In this document: piece after piece, positions 1 through 9,796 of the stretch | How the letters are laid out: each line of letters opens with the position of its first letter | How positions within the stretch are numbered: the stretch's first letter is position 1 | Origin: an uncultured Methanomassiliicoccales archaeon | GTDB lineage: Archaea > Thermoplasmatota > Thermoplasmata > Methanomassiliicoccales > Methanomethylophilaceae | DNA length: 64,000 nt | Reading direction: 5' to 3' | Assembly (NCBI GenBank): GCA_964634095.1 | Contig: CAZWKY010000002.1 | Coordinates: 313-64,312 of the forward strand | The notes under the pieces: generated by a model | Seen by the model: only the letters and a program-made list of their open reading frames with translations | The model's database searches: none | What the model was told of the DNA's origin: nothing | Position numbers and translations under genes: made by a program

Positions 1-2
1 CC

Positions 3-1832
3 ATCATATTCAACAAACTCAAACTGCCCCCTCTGATCGGTTACCTCGTGGCGGGTATCATCGTCGCCAACTTCTGGAACCTCAATGCCGAGGGGGAGAA
101 CGTCGTCAGCATACTGTCCGATATGGGATTGGTCATGCTGATGTTCTGCATCGGATTGGAGATCAATCTGAAGAAGATCAAGAAACAGGGTCTGTTCGCC
201 ATAGAGGTGGCGGCCATTCAGTTGCCGCTGATGGTCTTCGGAGGTTTCCTCGCAGGTACGTTCCTCGGATTCAACACACTCCAATGCATCACATTGGGTG
301 CCATCATCTCCGGTTCCAGTACGGCGGTCGTCATGGCCGTGCTCAAATCCCAGGGCAAACTGGACAAGGAGCACATCGAGATGCTCGTCCTGATCACCAT
401 CATGGAGGATATCGGACAGGTCATCATCCTGTCCATGCTGACCCCCATGCTGGCTGGGTCGTTCCTGGACACCAACAGCCTCATCGTGATGATAGTCAGC
501 ATCCTGGTGTTCATGCTCGCGAGCATCGCAATAGGACTCCGCATAGTGCCCAGGGTCATGAACTGGGTCTCGGACAACGTATCCTCGGAGGTCCTTGTGG
601 TGTTCTCCATCGGACTCGCGTTCGGAATGGCCCTCCTATCCACATTCGTCGGACTATCCATGGCGATCGGGGCGTTCCTAATGGGTATGATGGTCGCCTC
701 ATGCAGGAAGAGCAAGGAGATCAACCACGACATCGAGCCCATGAAGAACCTGTTCATGGCCATGTTCTTCATATCCGTGGGAATGGAGGTCAGTCTCGGC
801 TCCCTTGCCGACAACATCGGCATGATAGTCGTGTTCTACCTCATATTCGCCGGATTCAAGATCAGCACCGTGTTCCTGGCATACTGGGTCGGCAACGAGA
901 AGGCACGCACGGGATTCGTCTCCGCGGTCAGTCTCGCCGCCATGGGAGAGTTCGCGTTCATCATCGCCAAGGAGGCGTTGGACCACGGTGCCGTTGACGA
1001 GGCGTTCTACACATCCGTCATCGGTGCGGCCCTGATATCCATGATCATGCTCCCGTTCCTCACCAAGTTCGCGGACAGGATATGGGACAAGGCCGACGAG
1101 AAGTGCCCGATGAAGGTCAGGACCGTCATCGACAGGATCAACATGGCCAGGGACAACCTCTACATGAACATGTCAGCGACCTCCAGGAAGTCGCAGAAGG
1201 CCCTGCACAGGAGCATGACCCATGCGTACATGAACGTCATGTTCATCGCACTGATCGAGATCCTGTTCTACATCATGATGCCCTATGGGATCGAGTGGCT
1301 CCAGGATGCCTTCGGAGGCAATGCCACCTTGTGGGGTATCGCCCTGTTGGTGATGAACTTCCTCGTTCTGGCCGTACCGACGTACCACCTGGTCAACAAC
1401 ACGAAGTACCTCGATGAGCTGGTCATTGCCGGCGCGAGACGTGTCGCACACATGAACGGAAGGGACGGTGAACCGGGACGTCTCTACCAGAAGTACCTGG
1501 ACCTCAACACGTACATCATCGTGGCCATCATCGACTGCGTGATCCTGTTCGTCATTCCCAATCCCCTGAACCTCGTGTCCCACCTGATCGTCTTCCTGAT
1601 CGCGGGTGCACTGATCGTGCTCATCTACCGCAAGACGAACCGCACACCCCAGGATGAGGACGGAGAGGATGAGGAGGAGACCTCCGAGGGACCTGCACAG
1701 ACGGAACCCGCTGGGATCCCGGAGACGTCCTCCGGTCCCGAGAAGGTCGTCATACACAGCACATCCGACCGGACAGAGGATGACATAGAGATCTTCATAC
1801 CCGACAACGGGGACAGGAAGAACGGATTCTGA
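3..1832 (+). CDS. CPA2-family cation:proton antiporter (KefB-like), 5'-partial
   Basis: The frame is open back to the window edge (IIFNKLKLPPLIGYLVAG). It has many TM helices, SSTAVV and MEDI motifs, and GEFAFII. The C-terminal extension carries extra TM helices and an acidic tail. Confidence 0.85.
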   Translation: MIFNKLKLPPLIGYLVAGIIVANFWNLNAEGENVVSILSDMGLVMLMFCIGLEINLKKIKKQGLFAIEVAAIQLPLMVFGGFLAGTFLGFNTLQCITLGAIISGSSTAVVMAVLKSQGKLDKEHIEMLVLITIMEDIGQVIILSMLTPMLAGSFLDTNSLIVMIVSILVFMLASIAIGLRIVPRVMNWVSDNVSSEVLVVFSIGLAFGMALLSTFVGLSMAIGAFLMGMMVASCRKSKEINHDIEPMKNLFMAMFFISVGMEVSLGSLADNIGMIVVFYLIFAGFKISTVFLAYWVGNEKARTGFVSAVSLAAMGEFAFIIAKEALDHGAVDEAFYTSVIGAALISMIMLPFLTKFADRIWDKADEKCPMKVRTVIDRINMARDNLYMNMSATSRKSQKALHRSMTHAYMNVMFIALIEILFYIMMPYGIEWLQDAFGGNATLWGIALLVMNFLVLAVPTYHLVNNTKYLDELVIAGARRVAHMNGRDGEPGRLYQKYLDLNTYIIVAIIDCVILFVIPNPLNLVSHLIVFLIAGALIVLIYRKTNRTPQDEDGEDEEETSEGPAQTEPAGIPETSSGPEKVVIHSTSDRTEDDIEIFIPDNGDRKNGF

Positions 1833-1965
1833 GGTCGGATACGGGAGTCCGGTGATGTGCCGGGTACCTCCGACCGCCTCATCCATCACCGTCGGAGGAC
1901 GGCATCGTTCTGAGAAGTTACAAAGTGTTTCCGGGGCCGGACCGGACATCCGACCCCGGGATGGA

Positions 1966-3255
1966 TCATCTGAGGCAGAGTGAGCGCCAGATATCCTCGG
2001 ATCTCGAGAGCACATCCTCGGTGTCGAGGGTGGTGATACGTCCGTCCTCGACGACAACATCCCCCTGGCAGAGGACTGTCTTCACGTTGAGGCTGTTTCC
2101 GGAGTAGACGATGTTGGCGATGATGTTCTCGGGCAGCAGGGGCCTGAGGTTGGGTGCCTTCCCATCCAGGATGACGATATCGGCATACTTCCCGGGCTCG
2201 ATGGATCCGATGGAGTCCTGCATACCGACGGCCTTCGCACCGTTGATGGTGGCGAAATCCAGGAGCTCCTGGGCATTGGCCACGGTGGGGTCCCATCTGC
2301 TGGACTTCTGGAGGAGACCGAGGGTCTTCATCTCCGCGAACATGTCGAGTGTGTTGTTGGTGGTGTTACCATCAGTTCCGATGGAGACGTTGACACCGTG
2401 TTTCTGGAATTCAGGAACAGGTGCGACACCTCCGGTGGCCAACTTCATGTTGGACACGGGACAGGATGAGATGGACATACCGGCCTCGCCCATGAGCCTG
2501 ACCTCCCTCATCGTGAGCCATGCCGAATGGGCGGCCACTCCACGAGGGCCCAGGACACCAATCTCGGAGAGCCATTCCGCAGGTCTCATTCCGGTCTTCT
2601 TCTTGTGGTCGTTGACCTCGCCGCGAGTCTCGGAGAGGTGGAAGTTCATCGGTGCACCCACCTTGTCGGAGAACTCCTTCGCCCCGACACAGGTCTCCTC
2701 GTTGCACACATAAACGCCCTGGAGTCCCACTCCGGGGACGATCTTGCGCTCACCCTTGAAGCGGTCGTAGAAGTTCTTACAGTTCTGCAGGGGGTTGCCG
2801 ACCTGGGTGGTGCACTCCTGGTCGAGGACGCACCAGCAGAGGACACCCCTGATGCCCGCCTGCTGTGTGGCCTTGGCGATGACATCCTCGGAGTAGTAGA
2901 GGTCCATGAAGGTGGTGGTACCTCCGCGCATCATCTCCATGCATCCGAGCTTCGTCCCGATGTCCAGATCCGCATCGGTCCTGTCGGAATCGATCTTGAA
3001 GACCTTGTCCAGGAAATCGGGGAACGAGAGGTCGTCCACGACACCCTTCATGACGGACATGGCCACATGGGTGTGGGTGTTGACCATTCCGGGCATGACG
3101 ATGTCGCCTGTGGCGTCGATCTCCCTGTCCGCGGTACCGTTGTACGCGGGACCCACGGAGACGATCCTCTCACCATCGATGACCACGTCACCGCGTATGA
3201 TCCTTCTGGATGCATCCTGGGTGACGATCCAGGCATTGCGGATTGCTGTTATCAT
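1966..3255 (-). CDS. mtaD: Amidohydrolase, 5'-methylthioadenosine/S-adenosylhomocysteine (5'-deoxyadenosine) deaminase family
   Basis: Motifs PGMVNTHTH, FHLSET, AAHS, IGTDG, GSIEPGKYAD. Start trimmed to MITAIRNAW (3255). Confidence 0.8.
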   Translation of the reverse strand: MITAIRNAWIVTQDASRRIIRGDVVIDGERIVSVGPAYNGTADREIDATGDIVMPGMVNTHTHVAMSVMKGVVDDLSFPDFLDKVFKIDSDRTDADLDIGTKLGCMEMMRGGTTTFMDLYYSEDVIAKATQQAGIRGVLCWCVLDQECTTQVGNPLQNCKNFYDRFKGERKIVPGVGLQGVYVCNEETCVGAKEFSDKVGAPMNFHLSETRGEVNDHKKKTGMRPAEWLSEIGVLGPRGVAAHSAWLTMREVRLMGEAGMSISSCPVSNMKLATGGVAPVPEFQKHGVNVSIGTDGNTTNNTLDMFAEMKTLGLLQKSSRWDPTVANAQELLDFATINGAKAVGMQDSIGSIEPGKYADIVILDGKAPNLRPLLPENIIANIVYSGNSLNVKTVLCQGDVVVEDGRITTLDTEDVLSRSEDIWRSLCLR

Positions 3256-3339
3256 GACACCGCCATCCGTCTGCTCCCTTAAAAAGATGCCAGAGTCGTC
3301 ACGGGAAACCGTATCAAACCGCAGGTGCATCCCATCGGC

Positions 3340-4371
3340 ATGACTGACGGGAACGGGAGGGACAGGGTGCTGAACGCGTTGTCGGACGGCTGTTCCGACA
3401 GGGCGCCTGTTGCGGTGTTCACACAATCATCCACCCTGTCACAGATGGATGCCACGGGTGCATCCTGGCCCGATGCACATCACGATCCCCGGAGGATGGC
3501 TGTGTTGGGGTCCGCGCAGGCAGACATCCTCGGCTTCGATTCCGTACGTGTCCCGTTCTGCGTGACCGTGGAGGCGGAGGCGTTGGGATGTGCCGTGGAC
3601 CTCGGCACCCGCACCTCACCGCCGAGGGCCCTTCCGGGACCGTTCACCATGGACCCGTTCGGAGACAGGTCGTCGGATCCGTCGGACATCCCGTCACCGA
3701 CGGAGTTCCTGTCATCTCCGAGGGTCGGTGTGGTGTCCGATGCCCTATCCTCGTTGTCCCACAGCCACGGGGACCGCCTACCGGTGATAGCCGGGATCAC
3801 ATGCCCTCTGACCATCCTGAGTCAGATGGTGGGTGCGGAGAACATGGTCCTGAGCACGATCACCTGCCCCGACATCGTGGACAGGTGGTACGGGGAGATA
3901 ACGGAACGTCTGATGGCCTACATGCACCTCCTGGAGGATTCCGGTGCGGACGTACTCCTCATGGGGGAGGCATCCGCATCACCGGACCTCATCGACCCCG
4001 GGATGTTCCGCACATTGGCGGAACCCCATCTGAAAGGATTGTCATCGGAGGGCGACACGTACAAGGTCCTGCACATCTGCGGCCATGTCGAACCGATACT
4101 CGACAGGATGTCGGGGCTCGGGTACGACGGTCTGTCCCTGGAGGGAGCGGTGGACCCGTACATGGCGAGGGATATCGTCGGAGACAGGGTGCGCCTCGTG
4201 GGGAATGTCGGCCCCGTGGACCCTCTGCTGACCGGAACACCCGATGAGGTCCGGAGGACATGTGACGATGCCGAGGAGGCCGGATTCGACATCGTATCCC
4301 CGGGATGCGGCATACCTATACAGACACCTGACGGGAATCTCCTGGCCATGACCGCCCGCAACAGGGGATAA
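3340..4371 (+). CDS. MtaA/CmuA-family methylcobamide:coenzyme M methyltransferase (MT2, URO-D fold)
   Basis: Motifs VPFCVTVEAEALG, LHICG (His-x-Cys Zn ligands), SLEG, LVGNV.P, SPGCG (third Cys). Confidence 0.8.
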   Translation: MTDGNGRDRVLNALSDGCSDRAPVAVFTQSSTLSQMDATGASWPDAHHDPRRMAVLGSAQADILGFDSVRVPFCVTVEAEALGCAVDLGTRTSPPRALPGPFTMDPFGDRSSDPSDIPSPTEFLSSPRVGVVSDALSSLSHSHGDRLPVIAGITCPLTILSQMVGAENMVLSTITCPDIVDRWYGEITERLMAYMHLLEDSGADVLLMGEASASPDLIDPGMFRTLAEPHLKGLSSEGDTYKVLHICGHVEPILDRMSGLGYDGLSLEGAVDPYMARDIVGDRVRLVGNVGPVDPLLTGTPDEVRRTCDDAEEAGFDIVSPGCGIPIQTPDGNLLAMTARNRG

Positions 4372-4404
4372 TCTGGATATACCCGTCGGCCGATACACGG
4401 GGCG

Positions 4405-5238
4405 ATGGGATTCCGCATCACTTTTCTGGGAACGGGCGGTGGAAGGCATACCACCATGTATCAGGTGAGGTCCACAGGCGGGATGCTCATCGAACATGAT
4501 GGGAAACATCTCCACGTGGATCCGGGCCCGGGCGCACTCACCAACATGCACAGGATACACTACGACCCCACTCTGACGGACTCCGTCGTGATATCCCATT
4601 GCCATCCCGACCACTACTCCGATGCGGAGTCGGTGATCGAGGGCATGACCCATGGCGGTTGGAGGAAGAGAGGGCACATATACGGATCCCCCACGGTGAT
4701 CGAAGGGGAGGGAAACCTCGGCCCGTGCCTATCTCCGTATCATCTCGGCGTGGCGGAGGGACACACCGTGTTCAGGCCCGGTGATGTCCTGGACATAGAC
4801 GGCATGAGGGTGGACATCACCAAAGCCGTCCACAGCGACCCGACGAACGTAGGGTTCAGATTCCACACCAGCCACGGCGTGGTCTCCTATGTGAGCGACA
4901 CAGAGTACTCCGATGAGATAGCGGACCAGTATCTGGGCGACCGCGTCCTCATACTCCCTGTGACGACACCTATGGGCAACAGGATCAGATACCACCTGTG
5001 CACGGACGATGCCCTGACGTTCGTGAAGAGGGTCAGACCGGAACTGGCGATATTCATCCACCTGGGCGTGGTGATAATCAAAAGGGGGCCCGACAACGAG
5101 GCCGCACTGGTCCAGGAGGCCACCGGGATCCGCACCATCGCCGGAAGGGACCTGATGGTCCTGGATGTGGGGGAGGAACTCGGGATCTCCGACGCCGAGA
5201 GGTTCGACGACGATTGGATCCCTGGATCATCACCCTGA
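4405..5238 (+). CDS. MBL-fold metallo-hydrolase
   Basis: Motifs FLGTGGG, HVDPGPG, SHCHPDH, VSDT, HLG. Confidence 0.85.
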   Translation: MGFRITFLGTGGGRHTTMYQVRSTGGMLIEHDGKHLHVDPGPGALTNMHRIHYDPTLTDSVVISHCHPDHYSDAESVIEGMTHGGWRKRGHIYGSPTVIEGEGNLGPCLSPYHLGVAEGHTVFRPGDVLDIDGMRVDITKAVHSDPTNVGFRFHTSHGVVSYVSDTEYSDEIADQYLGDRVLILPVTTPMGNRIRYHLCTDDALTFVKRVRPELAIFIHLGVVIIKRGPDNEAALVQEATGIRTIAGRDLMVLDVGEELGISDAERFDDDWIPGSSP

Positions 5239-6336
5239 TACGGGATAGAATCCCGCGTATCCCCAGAACGTCTTCTTGTCCAGGGAATCATTGCCTGTGG
5301 CCAGATATCCCACAGGGAGCTGTCCGCGGATCGTCTCGACCGAACGGTACAGGGAATCTCCGTACACGGGCTTGCCCCCTATGTCGAATCCGATGATGCC
5401 GTATGCATAGGAGAGCTTGTAGTATGAGTAGTCCACAAGGACCCTCTCCTGGAAATCGTCTATGACGACACCTGCGAAGACATGTCCCGAATGACCTCCC
5501 ATGGCTGCATCATAGCCTGCCACAAGGTACAGGGCGCACAACAGGGCGGATGTGTCCTCACAGTCCCCTATTCCGTGATAGAGGGTCTCCAGAGGAACAC
5601 ACCAATACTCATCGGAACCCCATACATAGTAATCGAAACTCTGCTTCGATACACTGGAAGGATACTTTACCCCCAACTGGACGAAGCATGCCATGAAATC
5701 GGCGAATCCCTGTCTGTCCCCAGGATCCCCTCCGATGCGGAGGAACTCCTTCTCCAGAGAGGATTCCAATGAACGGATCACATCGTCCACCACGACCAGA
5801 CGGGGGAGCTGTTCGAACGGCATGTATGTGTGGACTGCGAGGGTCTCCCTGTTCCAGACCCTGTTGAGATCGCATGCTTCCATGAACTCCTCCATGGGGA
5901 TGGAGACGGTCACGGAGACGGATTCGGTAACATTGCCCATCCTGTACTTCCAGGAGAATGTGCGTTCCACATCACCGGCCACACGTACCTCGAACTCCTC
6001 ATCCCCGACGGTGATGACGTAACCTCCCGGAGCCAACTCCACACTGTCGGAAACGAAATCCTCCCCATGGTACTCCGTGTAACGGTCCTCCATGAAGGTG
6101 TGGTACATATCGAAGACATGCCACGACACCACACCGGTCGCCGACAGGATGTTCTTCCTCTGGTCGAAGGAGAAGCCCTCGGGGATCTGGTTGTCGAAAG
6201 GATACTCGGGCAGCACGGGATCGTCAGGGTCATCGGGGACGTCGGGACCCTCCGATGCCCATGGGCCCAACAGGGCCGCCAGGATGACCAAAATCAGGGC
6301 CAACGCCGAAGCATACATCACAGGACGGGGATTCAT
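5230..6336 (-). CDS. Membrane-anchored transglutaminase-like (papain-fold) protein
   Basis: N-terminal TM/signal segment; YWCVPLETL, GDCED, GHVFAGV (Cys-His core). Confidence 0.7.
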   Translation of the reverse strand: MNPRPVMYASALALILVILAALLGPWASEGPDVPDDPDDPVLPEYPFDNQIPEGFSFDQRKNILSATGVVSWHVFDMYHTFMEDRYTEYHGEDFVSDSVELAPGGYVITVGDEEFEVRVAGDVERTFSWKYRMGNVTESVSVTVSIPMEEFMEACDLNRVWNRETLAVHTYMPFEQLPRLVVVDDVIRSLESSLEKEFLRIGGDPGDRQGFADFMACFVQLGVKYPSSVSKQSFDYYVWGSDEYWCVPLETLYHGIGDCEDTSALLCALYLVAGYDAAMGGHSGHVFAGVVIDDFQERVLVDYSYYKLSYAYGIIGFDIGGKPVYGDSLYRSVETIRGQLPVGYLATGNDSLDKKTFWGYAGFYPVSG

Positions 6337-7553
6337 ACCGGGACCTCCCTGCTGTGATCGTAAGGGGGGATGTACGTTACCTCCTCCAGAGTGGAGATGT
6401 CCCTGCTGACGCTTGGGGACACATACCCCACGGGAACCGCGTTCTTGAACGTCGTCTCGCAGAAGTAGAGGTTGAATTCGTGATCGGGGATCCTCTTTGC
6501 GGTGAACACAAGACCGGGATTATTGGCCCTGGGCTGGAAACCCTCCAGCTCCACACCGACCAACATGTGCCCGGGAACCGTGACCATGGCGGAACCGAAC
6601 CCCGCTGCGGAATAGATGGCGCAGAGGAGGATGGTCGTGTCCTCGCAATCCCCCTGTTTGGTATGCAGCGTCTCCAAGGGGTAGGCCCAGTACTCCTCCT
6701 CCCCGTAGAGATAGATGTCACCGTTGCCTGCATCATCCCAAACATACGACCCGTTCACGGATGATACGGTGGGAGGGTAGGTGATGTAGCACTGGACGAA
6801 TGACAGGAGATAGTCCGCATACCTCTGATCGGCGAGCGACACACCCTGTCCGTACACAGATCTGTATCCATCGGCAAGGGCGTTCACAAGCCTCTGTACG
6901 GGCGCATCCACGGTGACGAACCTTGCATCGCTGAGGGACACCACCTGCCAACGGACGACATCGTCATGGGCGTATCCCAGGAACTCGTCCAAGGTATAAT
7001 CGTAGTCGACGGTGAACGATCTGACCTCCCCGTCGATGACCGCGGTCCATGAATATGTGTCGGCGATGGTTCCCCTCACGATGAGGTGACCCTCCGCCAC
7101 ATCCACTCCGTTGACATTCAGTATGACCTCGTACTCACCGGGTCCGGGGGACAGGACCTGCCCCTCCACCGAATCGTGGCCGCGGACCAGGTACACACTG
7201 CCCGCCTCCACAAGATGGGGGGCATGCAGGTCCTTGAAATGCCATACACAATCCGTTCCGTCGTACTGCAGACCATCGCCCACGATGGAGATGTCATCCC
7301 TAACCAGATCGCCACGGATCGTCACATTGCCATGGGTCCTTTCGGGCACATCCTCGCTGTACGGGACCACGATACAGGCCGCGACGATGACGATGGCCAC
7401 CACAAGACCCATTATGACCCATTTCAGGGGATCCCTGGGGCGTGCATTCCCGATCGGCTGTGATGTGGATACGGGGTCAGCCACCGGCGCTCCGCATCCG
7501 CTGCAGAATCTGGCATCCTGTGGGACCTCCTTCCCGCATATGCGACAGAACAT
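6333..7553 (-). CDS. Zinc-ribbon + TM + transglutaminase-like protein
   Basis: CRICG..CSGCG zinc ribbon, then one TM helix, then YWAYPLETL, GDCED, GHMLVGV, YFCETT. Paralog of the downstream gene; the two overlap by 4 bp. Confidence 0.7.
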   Translation of the reverse strand: MFCRICGKEVPQDARFCSGCGAPVADPVSTSQPIGNARPRDPLKWVIMGLVVAIVIVAACIVVPYSEDVPERTHGNVTIRGDLVRDDISIVGDGLQYDGTDCVWHFKDLHAPHLVEAGSVYLVRGHDSVEGQVLSPGPGEYEVILNVNGVDVAEGHLIVRGTIADTYSWTAVIDGEVRSFTVDYDYTLDEFLGYAHDDVVRWQVVSLSDARFVTVDAPVQRLVNALADGYRSVYGQGVSLADQRYADYLLSFVQCYITYPPTVSSVNGSYVWDDAGNGDIYLYGEEEYWAYPLETLHTKQGDCEDTTILLCAIYSAAGFGSAMVTVPGHMLVGVELEGFQPRANNPGLVFTAKRIPDHEFNLYFCETTFKNAVPVGYVSPSVSRDISTLEEVTYIPPYDHSREVPV

Positions 7554-7599
7554 GGGACTCCGCATTCTCCGTGCATTGATAATGTTAATGCCGGTTAAC

Positions 7600-8217
7600 T
7601 CAGAGGATCTCCCATTCCATGATGACCCCGTCGGTGAACTCGAGGTCCTCCGGCACCGTGTCGCAGGGACCGTTGGCGGACCTGCCGCACAGCATCACCG
7701 TATCTCCTCCGTTATCACCGTACCTTATCGACACGATGTCTCCGAGGCGCACACCCGCGGCAGAGGATATCTGCTCGGCCTTCGACATGGCATCGGACAC
7801 CGCAGACCTACGGGCATCTGCCTCCGCATGGCTCGGGTCGGACAGCGTGTACTCCAGCGAGAAACGGGGGCATCCTTCCCCTGAGAGTGCACCGAGGATC
7901 CTGTTGACCGTATCGGGGTCGCATCCGATCTCCATCCTGAGTGTGTGGGCATACTCGAATCCGACCAGTACCTGCCTCTGACGGTCACCGCCCTCGTACT
8001 CGTAACGGGGCCGTACCGAAACGGATACGGACCTCAGGGTCTCGGAATCGAATCCTGCCTCCATGAGCCTCATCCTCAACGGGGACACACAGGAGACCGA
8101 TCTGTCGACGGCATCATCGTAGGTCTGACAGACATCCTGTACCACACCGTTGAGCCTCACCGTATCCGGTCTTACGCGGACCTTCCCCTCTCCCCTGACA
8201 GACATCTTCCTTTCCAT
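7600..8217 (-). CDS. SIMPL domain (DUF541) protein
   Basis: SVRGEGKVRVRPD and ARRSAVSDAMSKAEQISSAAGVRLG pattern. Start trimmed to MERKMSV. Confidence 0.8.
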   Translation of the reverse strand: MERKMSVRGEGKVRVRPDTVRLNGVVQDVCQTYDDAVDRSVSCVSPLRMRLMEAGFDSETLRSVSVSVRPRYEYEGGDRQRQVLVGFEYAHTLRMEIGCDPDTVNRILGALSGEGCPRFSLEYTLSDPSHAEADARRSAVSDAMSKAEQISSAAGVRLGDIVSIRYGDNGGDTVMLCGRSANGPCDTVPEDLEFTDGVIMEWEIL

Positions 8218-8257
8218 GGGGATGTGCAGGACGCCGGTGCAGATAACACTCTCCCCG

Positions 8258-8776
8258 TCACATGCCCTTCGAGAAGGAATCGGCGAACAGGATGAGTTCG
8301 CCCTCCTCCTCAGGTTCCGCATGACGGAAACGGGATCTGTCCAGAACCTCGATGTAATACGGCCTCAGATCGGACACCGCCCTCACACGCACACCCGCAT
8401 CGGACCCGGACACCTTGGCCCAACGGAACCCGTCCGTGGCGATACCGAATCTGGACCCATCCGCGTGCATGGCGGACATCACCCTGGACAGCGAGTGGAA
8501 GATGGGACTGTTCATCGGGGAGACGGCCATCGCCATCCCGGGAACACATCCGTCAGCCACATCGTATGACGACACCCTGCCATAGCCCAGACCCTCCATC
8601 ATCGGAACAACGAGCACGCGCAGGGTGAGGTACAGCGGATCCTCCCCAGAGCGGACATCCTTGTGAACGGGGACATGTGCCCCCGATATGACACGTCCGG
8701 CCTTCCTTGGGCCGAGACTCCTCTCCAATTCGGACAGGGCACATTCAATGATGTTCCAAAGGGGCGTGGACTCCAT
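8258..8776 (-). CDS. Hypothetical protein with degenerate HsdR_N-like restriction-endonuclease fold
   Basis: TLRVLVVPMMEGLGY and RFGIATDGFRW resemble HsdR N-terminal family motifs, but no ExK is seen. Confidence 0.45.
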   Translation of the reverse strand: MESTPLWNIIECALSELERSLGPRKAGRVISGAHVPVHKDVRSGEDPLYLTLRVLVVPMMEGLGYGRVSSYDVADGCVPGMAMAVSPMNSPIFHSLSRVMSAMHADGSRFGIATDGFRWAKVSGSDAGVRVRAVSDLRPYYIEVLDRSRFRHAEPEEEGELILFADSFSKGM

Positions 8777-8870
8777 GGACGGACGACCTGCGGAACATCA
8801 TATAACGGTGATACGGACAGATCATCGAAAGTACCGAAAGTGAACAGGATACGGTGATATGAGAACGGAG

Positions 8871-8946
8871 TGGTGGGCCCGCCCAGATTTGAACTGGAGT
8901 TACGTGCACCCCAAGCACGAAGGATACCAAGCTACCCCACGGGCCC
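8871..8946 (-). tRNA. tRNA-Pro(GGG), copy 1
   Basis: Full cloverleaf; anticodon arm CGTGC-TTGGGGT-GCACG; TTCAAAT loop; CCA encoded. Confidence 0.97.
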
Positions 8947-9032
8947 AACAAGGCTGGGCAGGAGCTTATGATTTAAATAACTACGCACGAAGCTGGATAA
9001 GGATCAACGGACAACCGTCAGAAATAATGGAG

Positions 9033-9108
9033 TGGTGGGCCCGCCCAGATTTGAACTGGAGTTACGTGCACCCCAAGCACGAAGGATACCAAGCTACCCC
9101 ACGGGCCC
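9033..9108 (-). tRNA. tRNA-Pro(GGG), copy 2 (identical)
   Basis: Identical 76-nt sequence to 8871-8946. Confidence 0.97.
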
Positions 9109-9189
9109 CTGCAAAACGGGGGAACAGGTTTTCATTTAAAAGGTTAACGCTTCCGGGCGGTAACGGATACCGACCGGAAGCTCTGAGTT

Positions 9190-9381
9190 TCATCCGAGAG
9201 GCGCGATCTCCCCGATCAGGTCAGCATGGGAGACGATCATCCTGCGGCAGCAGTATCTCTCGAATCCGAGCTCATCAAGGATGGCCTTGGGATCCTCGCC
9301 CTGCTGCTTGCGTTTGACGTACTCGGGGTAGGCGGAGCCCACGACCTTTCCGCATGTGAAACATCTCACCGGAATTATCAT
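9190..9381 (-). CDS. rpoN: RNA polymerase subunit N (Rpo10)
   Basis: Motifs [12 protein letters not shown] and RYCCRRM. Confidence 0.98.
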   Translation of the reverse strand: MIIPVRCFTCGKVVGSAYPEYVKRKQQGEDPKAILDELGFERYCCRRMIVSHADLIGEIAPLG

Positions 9382-9390
9382 GCTATCACC

Positions 9391-9792
9391 TTAACGGTAC
9401 GACTTCTGCTTCTTGGCACGGGCACCGGGTCCGAGGGGGTTCTTGGGCAGTTTCCTTCTGTCATCGTTGATGATGAGGGTCCTGTCGTATGCCCTGAAGA
9501 TTGCCTCGAGCTCCTCGTCCTTGTAGAACTCAACGAGTCCTCTGGCGATGGCGGTCCTTGCTGCAGCGGCCTGTCCCATCACTCCGCCACCGTTGACGGT
9601 GACTGCGATGTCGACCTTCTCTGCTTTCTCGGGGACCAGACCGAGGGGCTCCTCGATCTTGAGCCTTGCCAGCTCAGGTGTGAAGACGTTGATAGGGACG
9701 CTGTTGATGGTGACCTTTCCGTTACCCTCTTTGACAACAGCCCTGGCGATGGCGGTCTTCCTCTTTCCGCTTGTGTTTACGCACTCGACCAT
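9391..9792 (-). CDS. rps9: 30S ribosomal protein S9
   Basis: Motifs SGKRKTAIARA, GGGVMGQA, ARAKKQKSYR. Confidence 0.98.
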   Translation of the reverse strand: MVECVNTSGKRKTAIARAVVKEGNGKVTINSVPINVFTPELARLKIEEPLGLVPEKAEKVDIAVTVNGGGVMGQAAAARTAIARGLVEFYKDEELEAIFRAYDRTLIINDDRRKLPKNPLGPGARAKKQKSYR

Positions 9793-9796
9793 GGGA

